Shown piece after piece: positions 1 to 13,200 of a DNA stretch of 64,000 nt. Location: contig OZ231126.1 in NCBI GenBank assembly GCA_965153355.1, positions 31,868,001-31,932,000 of the forward strand. Reading direction: 5' to 3'. Position 1 is the first letter of the stretch; the number at the start of each line of letters is the position of its first letter. This DNA comes from Flaccisagitta enflata. Its lineage: Eukaryota. The notes beneath the pieces are model-generated. The model ran no database searches, was not told where the DNA came from, and saw nothing but the letters and a program-made list of their open reading frames with translations. The translations under genes were made by a program, and so were the position numbers.

Positions 1-95
1 CCTGTGAGTTGCGTGCGGTCGGCTTCGTATTTCTCCGTCGTCCGATTTACGGCGTCCCGAACCGCTTCTTTCATTAATACGTTGAGTGATGCCAC
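1..95 (-). CDS. RABEP1: Rabaptin-5, coding exon 3 (partial, continues beyond the window start)
   Basis: Acceptor TTTTAG|GTG at 96/95; reads VASLNVLMKEAVRDAVNRTTEKYEADRTQLT, continuing the rabaptin EE-VASL..MKE.VRD motif in phase 0. Not present in the ORF track. Confidence 0.8.
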   Translation of the reverse strand, partial: MASLNVLMKEAVRDAVNRTTEKYEADRTQLT

Positions 96-1267
96 CTAAA
101 ATTCGACAATCTACCAATAGAACTATCGCGCCACATGCGATGAAAAGAATTGACATCCATTGTCACTTATCTTTTGAATCACTTGGAATTGACTTTTACG
201 TTCACTCAATACCTTGGACCATCAGCTTTCAAAAAAAAAAAAACAAAGCTTTAAGTACTTCCTCCAAACAGTGAGAATATAGGGAGCCCTCTTTATACTG
301 CCCTTATTGCTGAGATCGTACTGTATCTTCAAAAAGACACAAATCAAATGGAAGCGGAAGAAGATTAGTCGTGGTCTAGAGGACCATCAAATTCGACAAA
401 TCATTCTGTTATGTTATGTAATGTGGTGCTATGCAGCAAAAATACGGACAAAACTAAAGTTCTATGCATTTGGCATACTCCCTAGAATTAGTCAAACGGA
501 ATTAACAATCAATGGTATGGTATTATTGCATCGGTAAAGTCACAGAATACACAGTGGAAAAACAGATTTCTTTAAAAAAGGTGCACGAAAAGTTTCACAT
601 AACGTAAATCACGTAAAATTCTTAGACTCTCTCTGAACATAAAAATTTGCATTTCTTAGAACATGGCTCTTTTCTTACAAGTATTAACACTGACGCCATG
701 TTTTTCAAAATGCAAATTTTTATGTTCAGGGACAGTCTTAGAATTTTACGCGAGACATGTTCACTGCAGGAAATCAGATTTTTTATAAATATCCATCAAT
801 TTTGCACTCTTTTATTTTAACTTCTCATATTAGGAATGTATGACGAAAATTTTTTTTTTCTCCAAAACTACAATTATTGGTATCAATCGATGAATATCAA
901 CGGCTTTCGATTGATACCCCATAATAAATATTTTAACTATTTTGCTAGCATATTTCACGCTATATTGCCTTTGGTGCTGTTCTCGCGAGTCTGTCACTTG
1001 TTTGAATGTATCTTTTAAACCAATTAAAATCCGTTTGGCGATGAAAATTTGACTTGGAACATGCTGGGTATGAACATGTCACATCACCCACCTAATTCGT
1101 CACCACAAAGACTCACTTAAGCCGTATATCACCACAATAGTCAAGGCTAATGACCCTGTAATCATCCTCAAAACTGTGAAATGATGGGGATTCTTAAAAC
1201 TATGTGACAACGTGGTAATGTCGAGGGATGTGGGAAGGGGCAAGCAGTGGGTTGTTGTCTTATTGGC

Positions 1268-1326
1268 GTCTGTCTGTCTGTCTGTCTGTTTATCTCTCTG
1301 TCTCTCTGTCTGTCTCTGTCTCTCTG

Positions 1327-1383
<57 letters not shown>
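1268..1383 (+). repeat. (CT)n/(GTCT)n microsatellite; similar (CT)n tracts at 56424-56487 and 63833-63876
   Basis: Direct inspection. Confidence 0.95.
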
Positions 1384-1386
<3 letters not shown>

Positions 1387-2599
1387 CAATGGAACAAGTG
1401 ACGCAGGGTCACAATATTGTTGCGGATGGGTGGGCAGGGGTGTACAACCCCTATTCACACCCTTGCCTATCCCAAATCTACTCACACACACAGCAGCCGC
1501 TAAAATGCGTGTTTCCACATTTTTCAACTCGATTACTATGGACCAACAGACTGACGGACCTACTGACGGACCTACAGATGGGCAAAACCTCTTATAGTTG
1601 CGTGTCCGCAACTAAAAACTAATGGACGACTGACAGACAGACCGGCATGGCCTTTACAGAGTCCCCGACACAAAATCGAAACTCAACAATAGATGGAAAG
1701 AAATTGTTTATTCAAAATGATAAAATTTTTGATAGAGGCTTCGACTTTGTGTGGTTGTAGCTTTTCTCAGGATGAAAGAAAAAAAATCTGAAACCAGATT
1801 TGGAATCAGCACTATCAAAACTATATTCACTGTCGAGTAAAACCGCGAATGGGCCTTTTCGTTAGCGTAAAAGCGTTTTTTGATGCAGGTCTTTTCCATA
1901 TTCAAGCTGACGGTTAGAGCCTCAGAGGGGTCAAATTTCAAAGTGTGTTTCATGCGGATTTCTCTTTGTTACCGCCTTACATGATGTCTCAGGGGTTGGA
2001 AAACAAGCTTTGCTAATCTTAGCAGACCCTCAGTTTTCAATCAGCGCTAATCAAACTCAGAAGTATACAAATTAGGAAAAAAATTTTTTTGCCTTTTAAA
2101 ACCTTGTTTGTGTCCTGCATACTTGGTTGAAACCTTGTAATAGATAAACAAGAGTGATCTCTCATAGGTGGAAGTTGAAAATTTAGGTATACTACTAAAC
2201 TATGCAAATAAGGTAATTATACTGGGTATACCAAATTAGTTAACTGGAAATGGAACTGGCCCCTCTCTCCCAGGAGCCAAAATATCAGTCATTTCACTAT
2301 ACCGATAGTGCATTCAGTGCACATGAAAGTAGGTTTTCAAATGCAAGTACTGTCTAACTCACAGCATCTTTTCAGTTGCGTGCTACGCAACTCCACACCC
2401 CGCTATGTCAGTCCGTTGCTCCGTCGGTTGGTCGGTCCCTTTTTACTTTTTCAGCGTTTTTTAGCTTTTTGAGCATACGGCTGCTGCCCAGAGGCCCTAA
2501 TGACCTTCTCCAGCACTGCTCCTGCCCACCCGCACGCGACTAGGGTAGCCGTGTATCCGGCCTTGTTGCAACCAGAGAACAAGTTTTTTAATGAGAGCA

Positions 2600-3319
2600 C
2601 AGGCCTGTTTATTATTGAGTTTCCCCCCCCCTGTGGGGGGGGGGAATCACAGGGTCTGGAGATGGGGAAGGAAATCAAAGGAAGAAAAATACGAAAACAG
2701 GTCGCCCAAGGGCAATATGTGGTCAGCGATACCCGTTGCCCTGCTTTGCTTGATTGTGAATTGGAGTGAGAGGAAGCAGGGCAGCGGCCCCGAAGGGGAC
2801 GAAGTCCTGTAGAACACAGGGGGACTTTTGTTCATCCGTCTGTCCATCCGTCCATCTCCCCCAGGCCCTCTCAGGCCTGAAATCTGCCCTATCAGGCCTG
2901 AAATCTGCCCTCTCAAGCCCTGAATCTGCATGAGAGGGCAGATTTAAGACCTGTGAGGACAGATTGCAGGCCTGATAAAGCAGATTTTAGGCCTGACAGG
3001 GCAGATTTCAAGCCTGAGACTCTGGGGGGGACGGATGGACGAACGGACGAACGAAAGTCCCAAGGGCTGTGTTCTACAGGACGTTGTCCCCTTTGGGGCC
3101 GCTACCCAAAAAGGAAATTTGGGGAAAATATAACTTTTGACAGTACCAAATCATAAAACACAATTAGTAAAACACAAATTAACACTATTTAAACATTGTT
3201 TTATTGCTATGTGGGGAAGAAAATCATAGTAACAAAAACACGATGTGACGCGTCGCGGGGAAGAAAATTAAAGGCAAGGGGGGAAAAAATCAAAAGTGAC
3301 TCAATAATATACACCCCTG
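2600..3319. mobile_element. hAT-type MITE containing a nested repeat
   Basis: CAGG...CCTG ends with TATTATTGAGT/ACTCAATAATA subterminal inverted repeat; flanks TGAGAGCA / TGAGAGAA (7/8); same family as 14947 and 43102; about 420-bp insertion at about 2697-3115. Confidence 0.7.
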
Positions 3320-4561
3320 TGAGAGAATGAAATGAAAAACTAAAATTTAGGGAATGCAAAACTCAAATATTTGAGCATAGTTTTCATTCAAATAAATGCC
3401 ATTTTCAGTCATGGACACGCGACTACACCTTGCCGTGTCTTTCAATTTGCCGGTTCATCGGTAACGTTTTTTAATTTGAAGCAGTTTCTGCATTACTGCC
3501 CCTGCCCAACCGTCCAGCCGTGTATCTGGCCTTGTTAAACAAGGCTGGATACACGGCTACCCCAGTTGCATGCGGGTGGGCAGGGGCGATATTTGAGGTC
3601 GCCAGACCATTGGGGCAGGAGCAGTAGGGTCAAAGAATAAAAATCATAAAAAAGTGAAATGTGACAGACCAACCAACCGATGGACAAAGCGGGGTGTAGA
3701 GTCGCGTAGCACGCGACTAGAAAAAAACAAAACATAATAATATTAGACCGATGTCAAATGAAACAACTTTCACAAGGCTTCCAAATGGTCAAAATTTTTC
3801 ATTAGTTTTTCTCTGAGCTATAGGCAAAATGAACCATCAAAAAGCATCTTTTTTTTTCGTGGGGTAAGGGTGGAAATGATGCTCGCGCGGTTTCTTTTTC
3901 ATCTCCAAGAAAACGAGCTCGGAAAACTGGCATCGCTGAGTATATCTGTGAATGAATGTTTTTGAGAGGTGTTGTGGTATTTACTGGATGTCGAATATAG
4001 CATCTTGTGTAATAATAGCATGTAGCACTTGACTCCACCAGGTCTAAGTTGACGAGGAATATCGGCAATGGAAAGGGATTCCAATTTTGGCCAATGGGAT
4101 TTTAATTGGCATTTTGAAAAGCTTTTTTGTATTAATGGTCAGCAAGATTTATTATTGCGGCTGCTCTCACTTTATGTGCCGCGATCTGCGGCAGCAAAAA
4201 ATAGGGCTTAAAAACGGTTCAAATTGAGATCTTAAACAACTAGCGCAATTAAGCTGTTGTACCTGATCAGTTTGGAGAAAATGAAGATTCTTAAGTGTTT
4301 TTGTTTGGAGGAAACTACTCGTTTTTTCTTTCTCAATATTTTTGACTTTTTAGTTGGGGACACGTAACTCTATATAAGAGGTTTTGTCCATCCATCCGTC
4401 AGTCCGTCTGTCCGTCCGTTGGTCCGTCCGTCCATCCGTCCATTAGCACGAGTCGAGAAGTAGGAAAACACGCATATCCGCCCCTGCCCTCCTGTCCGCA
4501 ACTGGTGGCCGTGTATCCGGCCTTGTTTTTTGTCTTTCTCTCCTACTGTCTTTCTTTCTTT

Positions 4562-4594
<33 letters not shown>

Positions 4595-5267
4595 TTCCCG
4601 CCTACCGCACCTGCCGCACTTGGCGGCCTATCTGCCGCGTAGCATTGTTACTATCTAGGAAATAAATATATGGACAGTTGGAGAAAAGTTAACGTTTTCA
4701 CTTATCAAATGAAATATATATTTCAATAAATCAAGTTTTAGTAATTTTTATGGTATTTTGACCTATCACGTGCTCTTGTTTCAAATTAATTTTCAAACCT
4801 AATTCAAAGTATCTTTAATTTCTCAATAAGCACTTAAAAAATCATTGAATCTGTCTCTTTTTGTTTTGGTATTAGATCAGTTCAAAGCAATATGTTTAAT
4901 TGCAGCCTTCAATTTTTTAATCAGTCAAAAAATAGGTGAAAATGTGATCTGATGAGGTCAAGCAGAATGATTTTGGTCAATCAGATCAGATTTGAGAGCT
5001 CTCTCAATGAAAATTGTCTTTGGAAGATTTTACCTAAAAACCTCTAAATCAGATTTTGGTAAGAGGACAGTTTTCTTCAAAACGCTGTCATTTGAAAACG
5101 GATTAAGCTGCTAGACTGCTTGGTCTTGAATGGAAGATTTTTTGTCATAGTCTGTTGATCTGCTTTCATTTTTGTACTGTATATAATTAATTAACTTCCA
5201 TCATCATAGTTAGGTGTCCGTATATCTATTTCCTAGATAGTACTTTGCTACACATAATCTGTATGTC

Positions 5268-5350
5268 TGGGCCTCGAGACTGGAATTTGGGCCTCGAGAC
5301 TGGGATTTGGGCCTCGAGACTGGGATTTGGGCCTCGAGACTGGGATTTGA
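5268..5350 (+). repeat. 20-bp minisatellite, 4 copies
   Basis: (GGGCCTCGAGACTGGGATTT)n. Confidence 0.9.
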
Positions 5351-6945
5351 GGGGGGGGGCGAGGAGGTGAAGGAGATGATATGAGAAAATCCCCATGTGT
5401 GAAAGATAAGTCATCGATCTCCTTTAGCCGCTGGCCTGCTTCCTCTTCTACTTCAAGCCCAAAATACTGAGGCGCGGGGTACCGCTGACCATCAAACGCT
5501 TTTGCGACTATTCTCCTTTACATATTGAATAAAAAGCTACTCCTCTTTTTTACTAGCTTAGCCAGTAGTCACGACTATAATTGTCATTAATCATATCGCG
5601 TTGAGATTCCACACCAAATTTCAACCAGATCGGATAAAAAATGCCCAAATTGTTCAACGTTTTCTCAAAATTAGGCCAACTTTAACTAGGTTTTGGCCAG
5701 TTAGGCCAGTAGACATGAATTAAGTTATCAGTCGAGGTCGACTAGTTAGTTTTACCCATGGGAGTCTCCATTCCAAATTTCAATCAAATCGGATAAAAAT
5801 TGTCTAAGTTATTCAACTTTTCCCCATTTTTGGACCAATATTGACCAGTATTAGGCCAGTTTGGCCAGTATTCATGAACAGAACCTGTTGAACTCTTAGG
5901 GTGTGTTAGCTATTGCTCTCGAGAGGCTCCATACCAAATTTTAAGGACCTAGGTCAAAGCAATCAAAATTTATGCGTGTATTTCCCTAGTTTTTATTCAT
6001 TTTGCGAAAGCGTCGAAACGTTGAAAACGTGAATATTCAGAAGCCTCCCCTAGTATCAGCCGATGTCTGGTAAAAGAATGTACTTGCTTCCCAAACAAGG
6101 TATTTGTGGGTTAACGAAAATGATTTTCTTTAGGATAAGACAATTTTTGTTGGGATTTAAGATGAACTGCAATTTTATCACATAAAGAACTTGGACGGAA
6201 AAAAATGGGACAATTAAAAAGCGTCGAAACGTTGAAAACGTGAATAATCACGAAGGAAAACGACGCCTTGAAAACAAATGTTTGGAACAATGCAAATTGA
6301 CGATGATTGACCTCGGCACAACTGAAGCTATCAACTAGCGATACTACGAATGAAATCTATGCCATTACAAATATTTTTGCAATACTCGATTATTTAAATT
6401 AATATTAATAATTCTCTCTTAAACAGTGAATTTTCACGCCCTTTCCATTCGAGCATAGTGTCTTCAAAATTGTCAATCTTAGAGGTTTTTAAGTCTTTTT
6501 TTCCACGGCCTTGACCCTGAGGACGTTTTAGGTTAACAGAACACCAAGTTTGTCTATATTTGATGTATTTCATGGTCAAAACTTTTAATTTTACTAAATG
6601 TTACAATTTGTTACATAAAAAAAAGCTGCTTTTTAACTCTTTTTACAGCCAAAATGTAACATTTTCGCGTATTTATACGGGAAATTTTTTAACAATCTCT
6701 CCAATTAGACTTGGGGCAACCATAACGAGTCAGTATAAGCATCTGACATTTGTTTTGTAGCAATGTATTAGCTAAAAACTACTGAAAATTGGACCGTCAG
6801 CTAAAATTTGGAAAGGACCTGCACTTATCTCAACTCCTTGAAAATGGGTTGTTTTTCATCGCTAAAAGGAGGCATTCTTACTACTAAGACACTTCCTATG
6901 TTATACCAGATGAGAAAAATTATCAATTAATTGTTTTAATAACTA

Positions 6946-8240
6946 TTCTGATACCTCTTCCTGGCATTGTCGCTTAACATGTTCTACAGAGGAAGGAGAA
7001 ATATAAGATGTGAACGCCCCTAAAACTGTAGCATTCCCCCTTACAGCTTAAACTACAGTAATAAATAATTAATTTAAAATTGCTAATTTAAGCTTATGAC
7101 TATACAAGTGGCGCCACCAGAGCGATTTTGCAATTTCCATTCCAGTCTCAAATGAAATGAAATGAAATGAAAAAACCTTGATTTTTTGAACTTTTAGTTA
7201 TAGTTAATCTTAATACTTTATTAAGTTATATCTTGACTAAAAAAACAAAAATGAAAAATCGCTCTAGTGACGCCACTTGTATTGTTCCTCTACCTTTAGA
7301 ATGTCTATAATTTAATTGGTTAAAGCTGTAGGGGGGGGTGCTACAGTTTTCAGGGGGTTCACACCTTATATTAACTTTCTCTCTGTATTTCATCCATCTT
7401 GGTCGACTCCTGAATAGTACAGTGGCGACCATAAACAATGATCAATCACACACTTTTTCAATCAACCAATCACTCGATCAAAAAGCTCGATCACTCTTTC
7501 AATCATTGACACCTCTTTCTGTCATTGTCGCTTTACATGTTCTATTTCATCCATCTTGGTCGACTCCTGAATGGTGCAGTGGCGACCATAAACAATGATC
7601 AATCACACACTTTTTCAATCAACTAATCACTCGATCAAAAAGCTCGATCACTCTTTCAATCACTCTTTCAATCACTCTTTCAATCACTGATACCTCTTCC
7701 TGGCATTATCGCTTAACATGTTCTATTTCATCCATCTTGGTCGACTCCTGAATGGTACAGTGGCGACCATAAACAATGATCAATCACACACTTTTTCAAT
7801 CAACCAATCACTCGATCAAAAAGCTCGATCACTCTTTCAATCACTGATACCTCTTCCTGGCATTGTCGCTTAACATGTTCTATTTCATCCATCTTGGTCG
7901 ACTCCTGAATGGTACAGTGGCGACCATAAACAATGATCAATCACACACTTTTTCAATCAACCAATCACTCGATCAAAAAGCTCGATCATCACTCTTTCAA
8001 TCACTGATACCTCTTCCTGGCATTGTCACTTAACATGTTCTATTTCATCAATCTTGGTCGACTCCTGAATGGTACAGTGGCGACCATACACAATGATCAA
8101 TCACATACTTTTTCAATCAACCAATCACTCGATCAAAAAGCTCGATCACTCTTTCAATCACTGATACCTCTTCCTGGCATTGTCGCTTAACATGTTCAAT
8201 TTCATCCATCTTGGTCGACTCCTGAATGGCGGCGACCATC
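6946..8240 (-). repeat. Tandem array (about 160-180 bp unit, 5 extra copies) derived from the RABEP1 exon 2 3' end and donor site
   Basis: Repeated CCTCTTCCTGGCATTGTCGCTTAACATGTTCTATTTCATCCATCTTGGTCGACTCCTGAATGG plus the adjacent intron sequence. Confidence 0.9.
6987..7385. mobile_element. Tc1/mariner-type MITE with TA TSD
   Basis: GTTCTA|CAGAG...CTCTG|TATTTC splits a repeat unit whose intact copies read GTTCTATTTC; long imperfect inverted arms. Confidence 0.85.
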
Positions 8241-8350
8241 CTCAGCGACTCCAATTCAGCTTTGACAATGTCGTGACTTTTCTCGAGCGAGTTCAGTTCC
8301 TGCTGAATTTTGCTCAGCGATTGCTTCTCTTTCTTCAACGACTCTTCCTT
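8168..8350 (-). CDS. RABEP1: Rabaptin-5, coding exon 2
   Basis: Pyrimidine-rich acceptor CCCCCAACAG|; 183 nt, phase 0-0; KEESLKKEKQSLSKIQQELNSLEKSHDIVKAELESLRMVAAIQESTKMDEIEHVKRQCQEE; donor GAG|GTATCA. Resembles rabaptin KEE.LK...AE.E.I....V.E.TK.E.I..VKRQ..EE. Confidence 0.85.
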
Positions 8351-8527
8351 CTGTTGGGGGGGAGGAGAGAAGTGTTAGGGAAGGACGGAAAGATATAGAA
8401 CGAAAATTCTGGAGAGACGATACAACTGGGGGGGGGGGGAAGAGAGATACTCGTTGGTAACTTGGCACACTCGAGTAAATTAAGGGCAAGTCTTCGTATA
8501 GGTTCTCAGTGAGAATCTCTCATTCAC

Positions 8528-8827
8528 CTGCATATACATTTCCATGAACTTGGCTCTTTTCTGGCCAAAATTCTCTTCATTTTGACTGAGTTTTTGAACT
8601 AAGAGTTTCTCCCTTTGCATATAAAACGCGAGTTTTTCTTCTATCGTTTTTCCTTCCAACGTCGTTAAGTTAGTCACGGAAGTCTCATTTGTCGGTTTCA
8701 TGCCGCCGCCGCCACCAGACGGACTTTTCAAGTCGTTACGTTCACAGTCGTTATTGATCACGTGAGGATCGCCCACGTTATTAGACAGGCCAGCGCTGCC
8801 TGGCATCCCGCCACTTGTCTCCTCCAT
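8528..8827 (-). CDS. RABEP1: Rabaptin-5 (Rab GTPase-binding effector protein 1), coding exon 1
   Basis: ATG at 8827; exactly 100 codons ending ...NEENFGQKRAKFMEMYMQ, then donor CAG|GTGAAT. The F.QKRAKF.E.Y motif is recognisable from the rabaptin N-terminal coiled coil. Confidence 0.85.
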
Positions 8828-9466
8828 CTTTCAATTTCGGAGTAAGCTCAGCAAAATTGTGTCAAGTTTCCAGGCTGGGAATGATGGATTGTGTCCATGA
8901 TTTATGCGAATAGTTTTCCATTGGTTGAAAGGAGCGCAATTTAATGACACTCGTGTTAGTGTCACGAAAAGAGTCACAGCATGGCATCGGTAGTTGAATT
9001 CCCAATGTCCGTAAATTATTCATTTGAGTATATACCTAAATCAAGGTAAAGTTAATCAAAGAGGATTCAAAACTTGTGTAACATTTTTATATCGAATTGA
9101 AATTGCAGCGCGCGAATTGGCGTGCAAAAAATATCTCGATATAAATATATATATATTTTCAACAAAGATTCATTAAACATTTTTAAAAGGCTAAAACTGG
9201 AATGATTTGATTGGTTTTGTTTTAAATGCGAACCGATGGGACGAAGAAATGAGAGACCCACACCAGAAGAATTGTGTAGAGATAGAATTTGACAGTCCAG
9301 AAAAATATCGTTGCATTTTTAAAAATACTACTTCGTAACAGATTAAGTAAAAGGTAAAGCTAAATTCTTCCGAAAAAAGCGGAGTAAACCGCTTTCGATT
9401 ACAATGAATGTTGTTAAGGCAACTTTCGGTATTTACCATCACAGGATAGAAAACTAGCAGTATAGT

Positions 9467-10262
9467 CAGGGGGTGGAAAGCTAAAACGTTTTTAACATTT
9501 TTTAGCGTTTTTTAGCATTTTTTAGCTTTTTTTAGCAATTTTTAGCTTTTTTTAGCATTTTTTAGCACAAATATTCCTCCTTTCTGCTGAGCTGCTAAAA
9601 CATTGGTAAATTCCGCCTTTATTTCAGCTTTTTTGAGTGGTGCTTAGGTTTTTAATGTTTTAGCATTCCAGGTTTCAGCAATTTAAGTGTTTTAGCACAG
9701 TTTAGAGATTCCTTTATCTTGGTGCTTTAGTACATAAAAGTGTTTTAGCAGTATTTACAATTATCCTCGTTTCAAATTTTTTTTAATATTCAATGTTTTA
9801 GCATCAATTTGTGTTTTAGCATCGAAGTGTTTTAGCTCAGTCAGTGTTTTAGCGGAGTTGGTGTTTTAGCCTAGTGTTTTAGCATCATGGTGTTTTAACA
9901 CATTTTCATGTTTTAGCTCAAATAATGTTTTAGCTTGGTGTTTTAGCAGTTGTTTTAGCAAATTTTAAAATTGTTTTAGTATTGTGAGGTGTTTTAGCAA
10001 TATTCTTTGTTTTAGCAAAATTGTGTTTTTGCAAAGTGTTTTAGCTGAAGTTTTAGCAATTTTTAGCATGCTTTAGCAATTTTTAGCATGCTTTAGCAAT
10101 TTTTAGCATGCTTTAGCAAATTTCTACTTTTTTAGCATATTCCTCCTTTCTCGGAAATGATGCTAAAAAATGCTAAAAAAAGCTAAAAATTGCTAAAAAA
10201 AGCTAAAAAATGCTAAAAAACGCTAAAAAATGTTAAAAACGTTTTAGCTTTCCAGCTCCCTG
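9467..10262. mobile_element. Fold-back sub-element at the left end of the giant unit, built of (T)nAGC motifs
   Basis: About 100-bp inverted arms (9475-9570 vs 10160-10255); interior made of dozens of TGTTTTAGC motifs; inner end TTTCCAGCTCCCTG is not followed by the TSD. Confidence 0.75.
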
Positions 10263-13200
10263 CTCGTTTTGTTTTAGCAGTTTCATGCAAAAACTGGGAA
10301 TGTCATTGGTTCTCACGGTAAATCACCTCCAATCAGGAAATCCAGCTGGTTTCCATGGAGATGATCTTTCCGTATGAACAGTGAGTAGGTGTTGAAACAG
10401 CAGCAGCGACAGCAGCGATGATAATTTGCATATAATTAATCATATTCCTAGCATTTAAAGTTTCTTCATCAAGATGACCATAATCAGTCATGACGACAAA
10501 ACCCGGATTCCCCGCCCTGACGACAAATCCTGATACCCCGCCCTGACGGTAATACCCCGCCCTGACGGTAATTCATTAAAAAAGTAATGGTGGTAGTCTG
10601 TCACTTTAGTTGTGATTTACACTGATTTCAGCATCATCATTGATGATGCTGATTGGCGACTCATCAATTAGCTGCGCCAATTTCATTTTCACCAGTTAAC
10701 ATTATAAATCAGCATCATCAGAGTAAGTACTTACATAATACATAATGAAGCTATATTGCGCCACTGAGGATATATTTTCGCAAACCTTAAGACAATCCTA
10801 CTTGGTTGTGATTCAAATCAGCCCCCTGGCACGGAGAATTGGAATTGGAAGCTCATACTCCAGGGTGAAGTACCATGACTGAACCAGCGTGTCAGTTGCT
10901 GTTGGTGTAAGACAGCAGCAATTGCAGCAGCGTGGAGGATTGCATCATATGAATGAAAAAAAAACAAAACAGAATCAAGCAGTAGTAAGAGAAATTGGCC
11001 AAATAGGAGGCAAATACATCAACGCCAAAGGCCCTGGTCATGGTTGGAGGCAGAGGCGGCTGGATAACAGAATATACATCTTCAAAGAAATTATTTTCTG
11101 CCCTTCCCATTCTCGTAGATGGGAAATCCCACATGGCCTTGATGACATTTTAATGTAGCCACAAATTGGCATTTGAAGCTTGAGAATGATTCAAAACAAC
11201 TCTTACCTGATGCCCAGATGAATAAATGGCTGCAAGAGGAACAAGCTTTAGGAGGATTGGACGATTGTGTCATATGAAGGGGAAAAAGAAACAGGGAAAT
11301 CGAACAAGTTTAAGATATAGGCAAAGGCAGGGGCAGTCAGCGGACTGAAGCAGTAAATGTTTGGATATAAATCTATTTTCTATGTTTATGCTGTTCTCTC
11401 TAACATGTGGGTGGGAAATCCCACATGGTCTCGATGGAATTTTATTGTAGCCACAACAGGGCACTTAAAGCTCAAGAATTATTCAAACAACTCAATAAAA
11501 CCGTAAGGAAAGCTTACCTGACGATAAATGGCCATGAGAGAGGCGACTTGAGGCTGTAGCAGGTGTTGTTGATGCTGTTGAAACTGCATCATAGCAGCCA
11601 TCGTCATAGAATCCGCCAGCTTGGGCAAGCACCTTGGCAAGTTCCGGTGGCAGCAATCAATCAGAAAAACCATCATGATGGAGGTGCCTGAGTGGGAATG
11701 ATGAATATCACACATGTTCTTGATATTGACCTTCAATTGATCTTTCGATACCCTAGCCTGCTCAAAGAAAAGACAGCGCTAAACAGGGTTACGCTCGTTA
11801 AAACGTTTACCAGAGTATCATATCAAAATATGAATGGACCCAATGATATCTGAACAACCAGGCAAAACACAACAAACTTAATCATGCCTGTTTGAAATTC
11901 AGCTTTCATTGTTTTCGGAGATGAATACCAACGAAGCACCGCCTCAACGTCTTATTAGTTGCGGACACGCAACTCTGTAAGAGCCTTTGTCTGTCTGTCC
12001 ATCCGTCCATCCTTTGGTCCGTCCGTCCGTCCGTGAGCACAAGTCGAAAAGTTAGTGCGAACTTATATTATATGGCGTGGCACTCGGAGGTCGCCTCGGC
12101 ATTTGATCATTTGACTTTTGAGCAATACGACTTAAACCAGCCTACGTACCCAAAAACGAAAAATAAAGAAGTTATCTATAAAATTTCCTGAAACTTTGCT
12201 TGAAGAACCATCCAACCCCTAGACAAATCCTGAGTAAGCCGTGCGGCGATCACATGATTATTTTGGTATAAGATATTTTTTCAACGATATCAAAAAATTT
12301 TCATTAAAAAAATTTTGATACGTTTTCCTGTCATGACTACCTTGAATAATTGACAGAGAGCAGTCTTTTTTTATAAATATTTCATGTTAGAAATTTCATG
12401 CAGATATCTCTTACGGTCCAAAAGACGCACATTTTTAGTCGCCGACACGCGACTTCAACTTGCCGTGCCGGTCTGTCGGTCCGTCCCCCCGTAACATTTT
12501 TGAATTACGAGCGTTTTTTGTGTAACGGGCTTACGGCCCCTGCCCAACCGTCCGCGACTGTGTTGCCGTGTATCCGGCCTTGTTAATAAGTATGAAAATA
12601 AAAACTGCGCTTCGATCTTTCATCTCCGCGCAGTTTCCAACTTTGTTTCCTGAATTTATATGATCAATGTGAGAGAAAAACAACCAGCGGCTGCTTTTTA
12701 GACAAATTCGTGCCATCCTCTCGTATATTTTTTCCTCATAATTTATAGATAGATATTTAATAACTAGCAAACTATCAACAACACAATCGTAAGATTTGAA
12801 ACAAATGTTCTCAACATAGCGCCTTACCACGAAAACCAGCCCGGAAAAACGGCACCAGCGTCGCGGAGGGTAGGGCGAGGGGAATAATGCAAAAACCACT
12901 CTCAATACACGGCTACCGAAATCTTGTGCGGGTGGGCAGGGGCTATATTTGAGGTCACTAGACAACATGGGCAGGAGCAGTGAATCCTTGGCAGTGATTT
13001 CCTCGGGCGTTGGCATTCTGGCGCTGGTTGAAGACTGAAATGCGGTTGACACGGACAAAAGGGTTGAATGACCTGAGCAGGACTGAGAACAGACAGGGGA
13101 CCGACTTTGAGCCCGAGTTAATCCCCCTCAATGACAAGGGTGTTAAGTACGCCTTTTCGCGGCTATATTCTTGTTGTTCATGTTGTGACTTTATTAAAGA

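Noticed and set aside
1708-4084. Intronic ORFs 1708-1953 and 3802-4084 as additional RABEP1 exons
   Set aside because: Exon 2 joins exon 3 without a gap in the rabaptin motif (EE|VASL), and these ORFs show no recognisable similarity.
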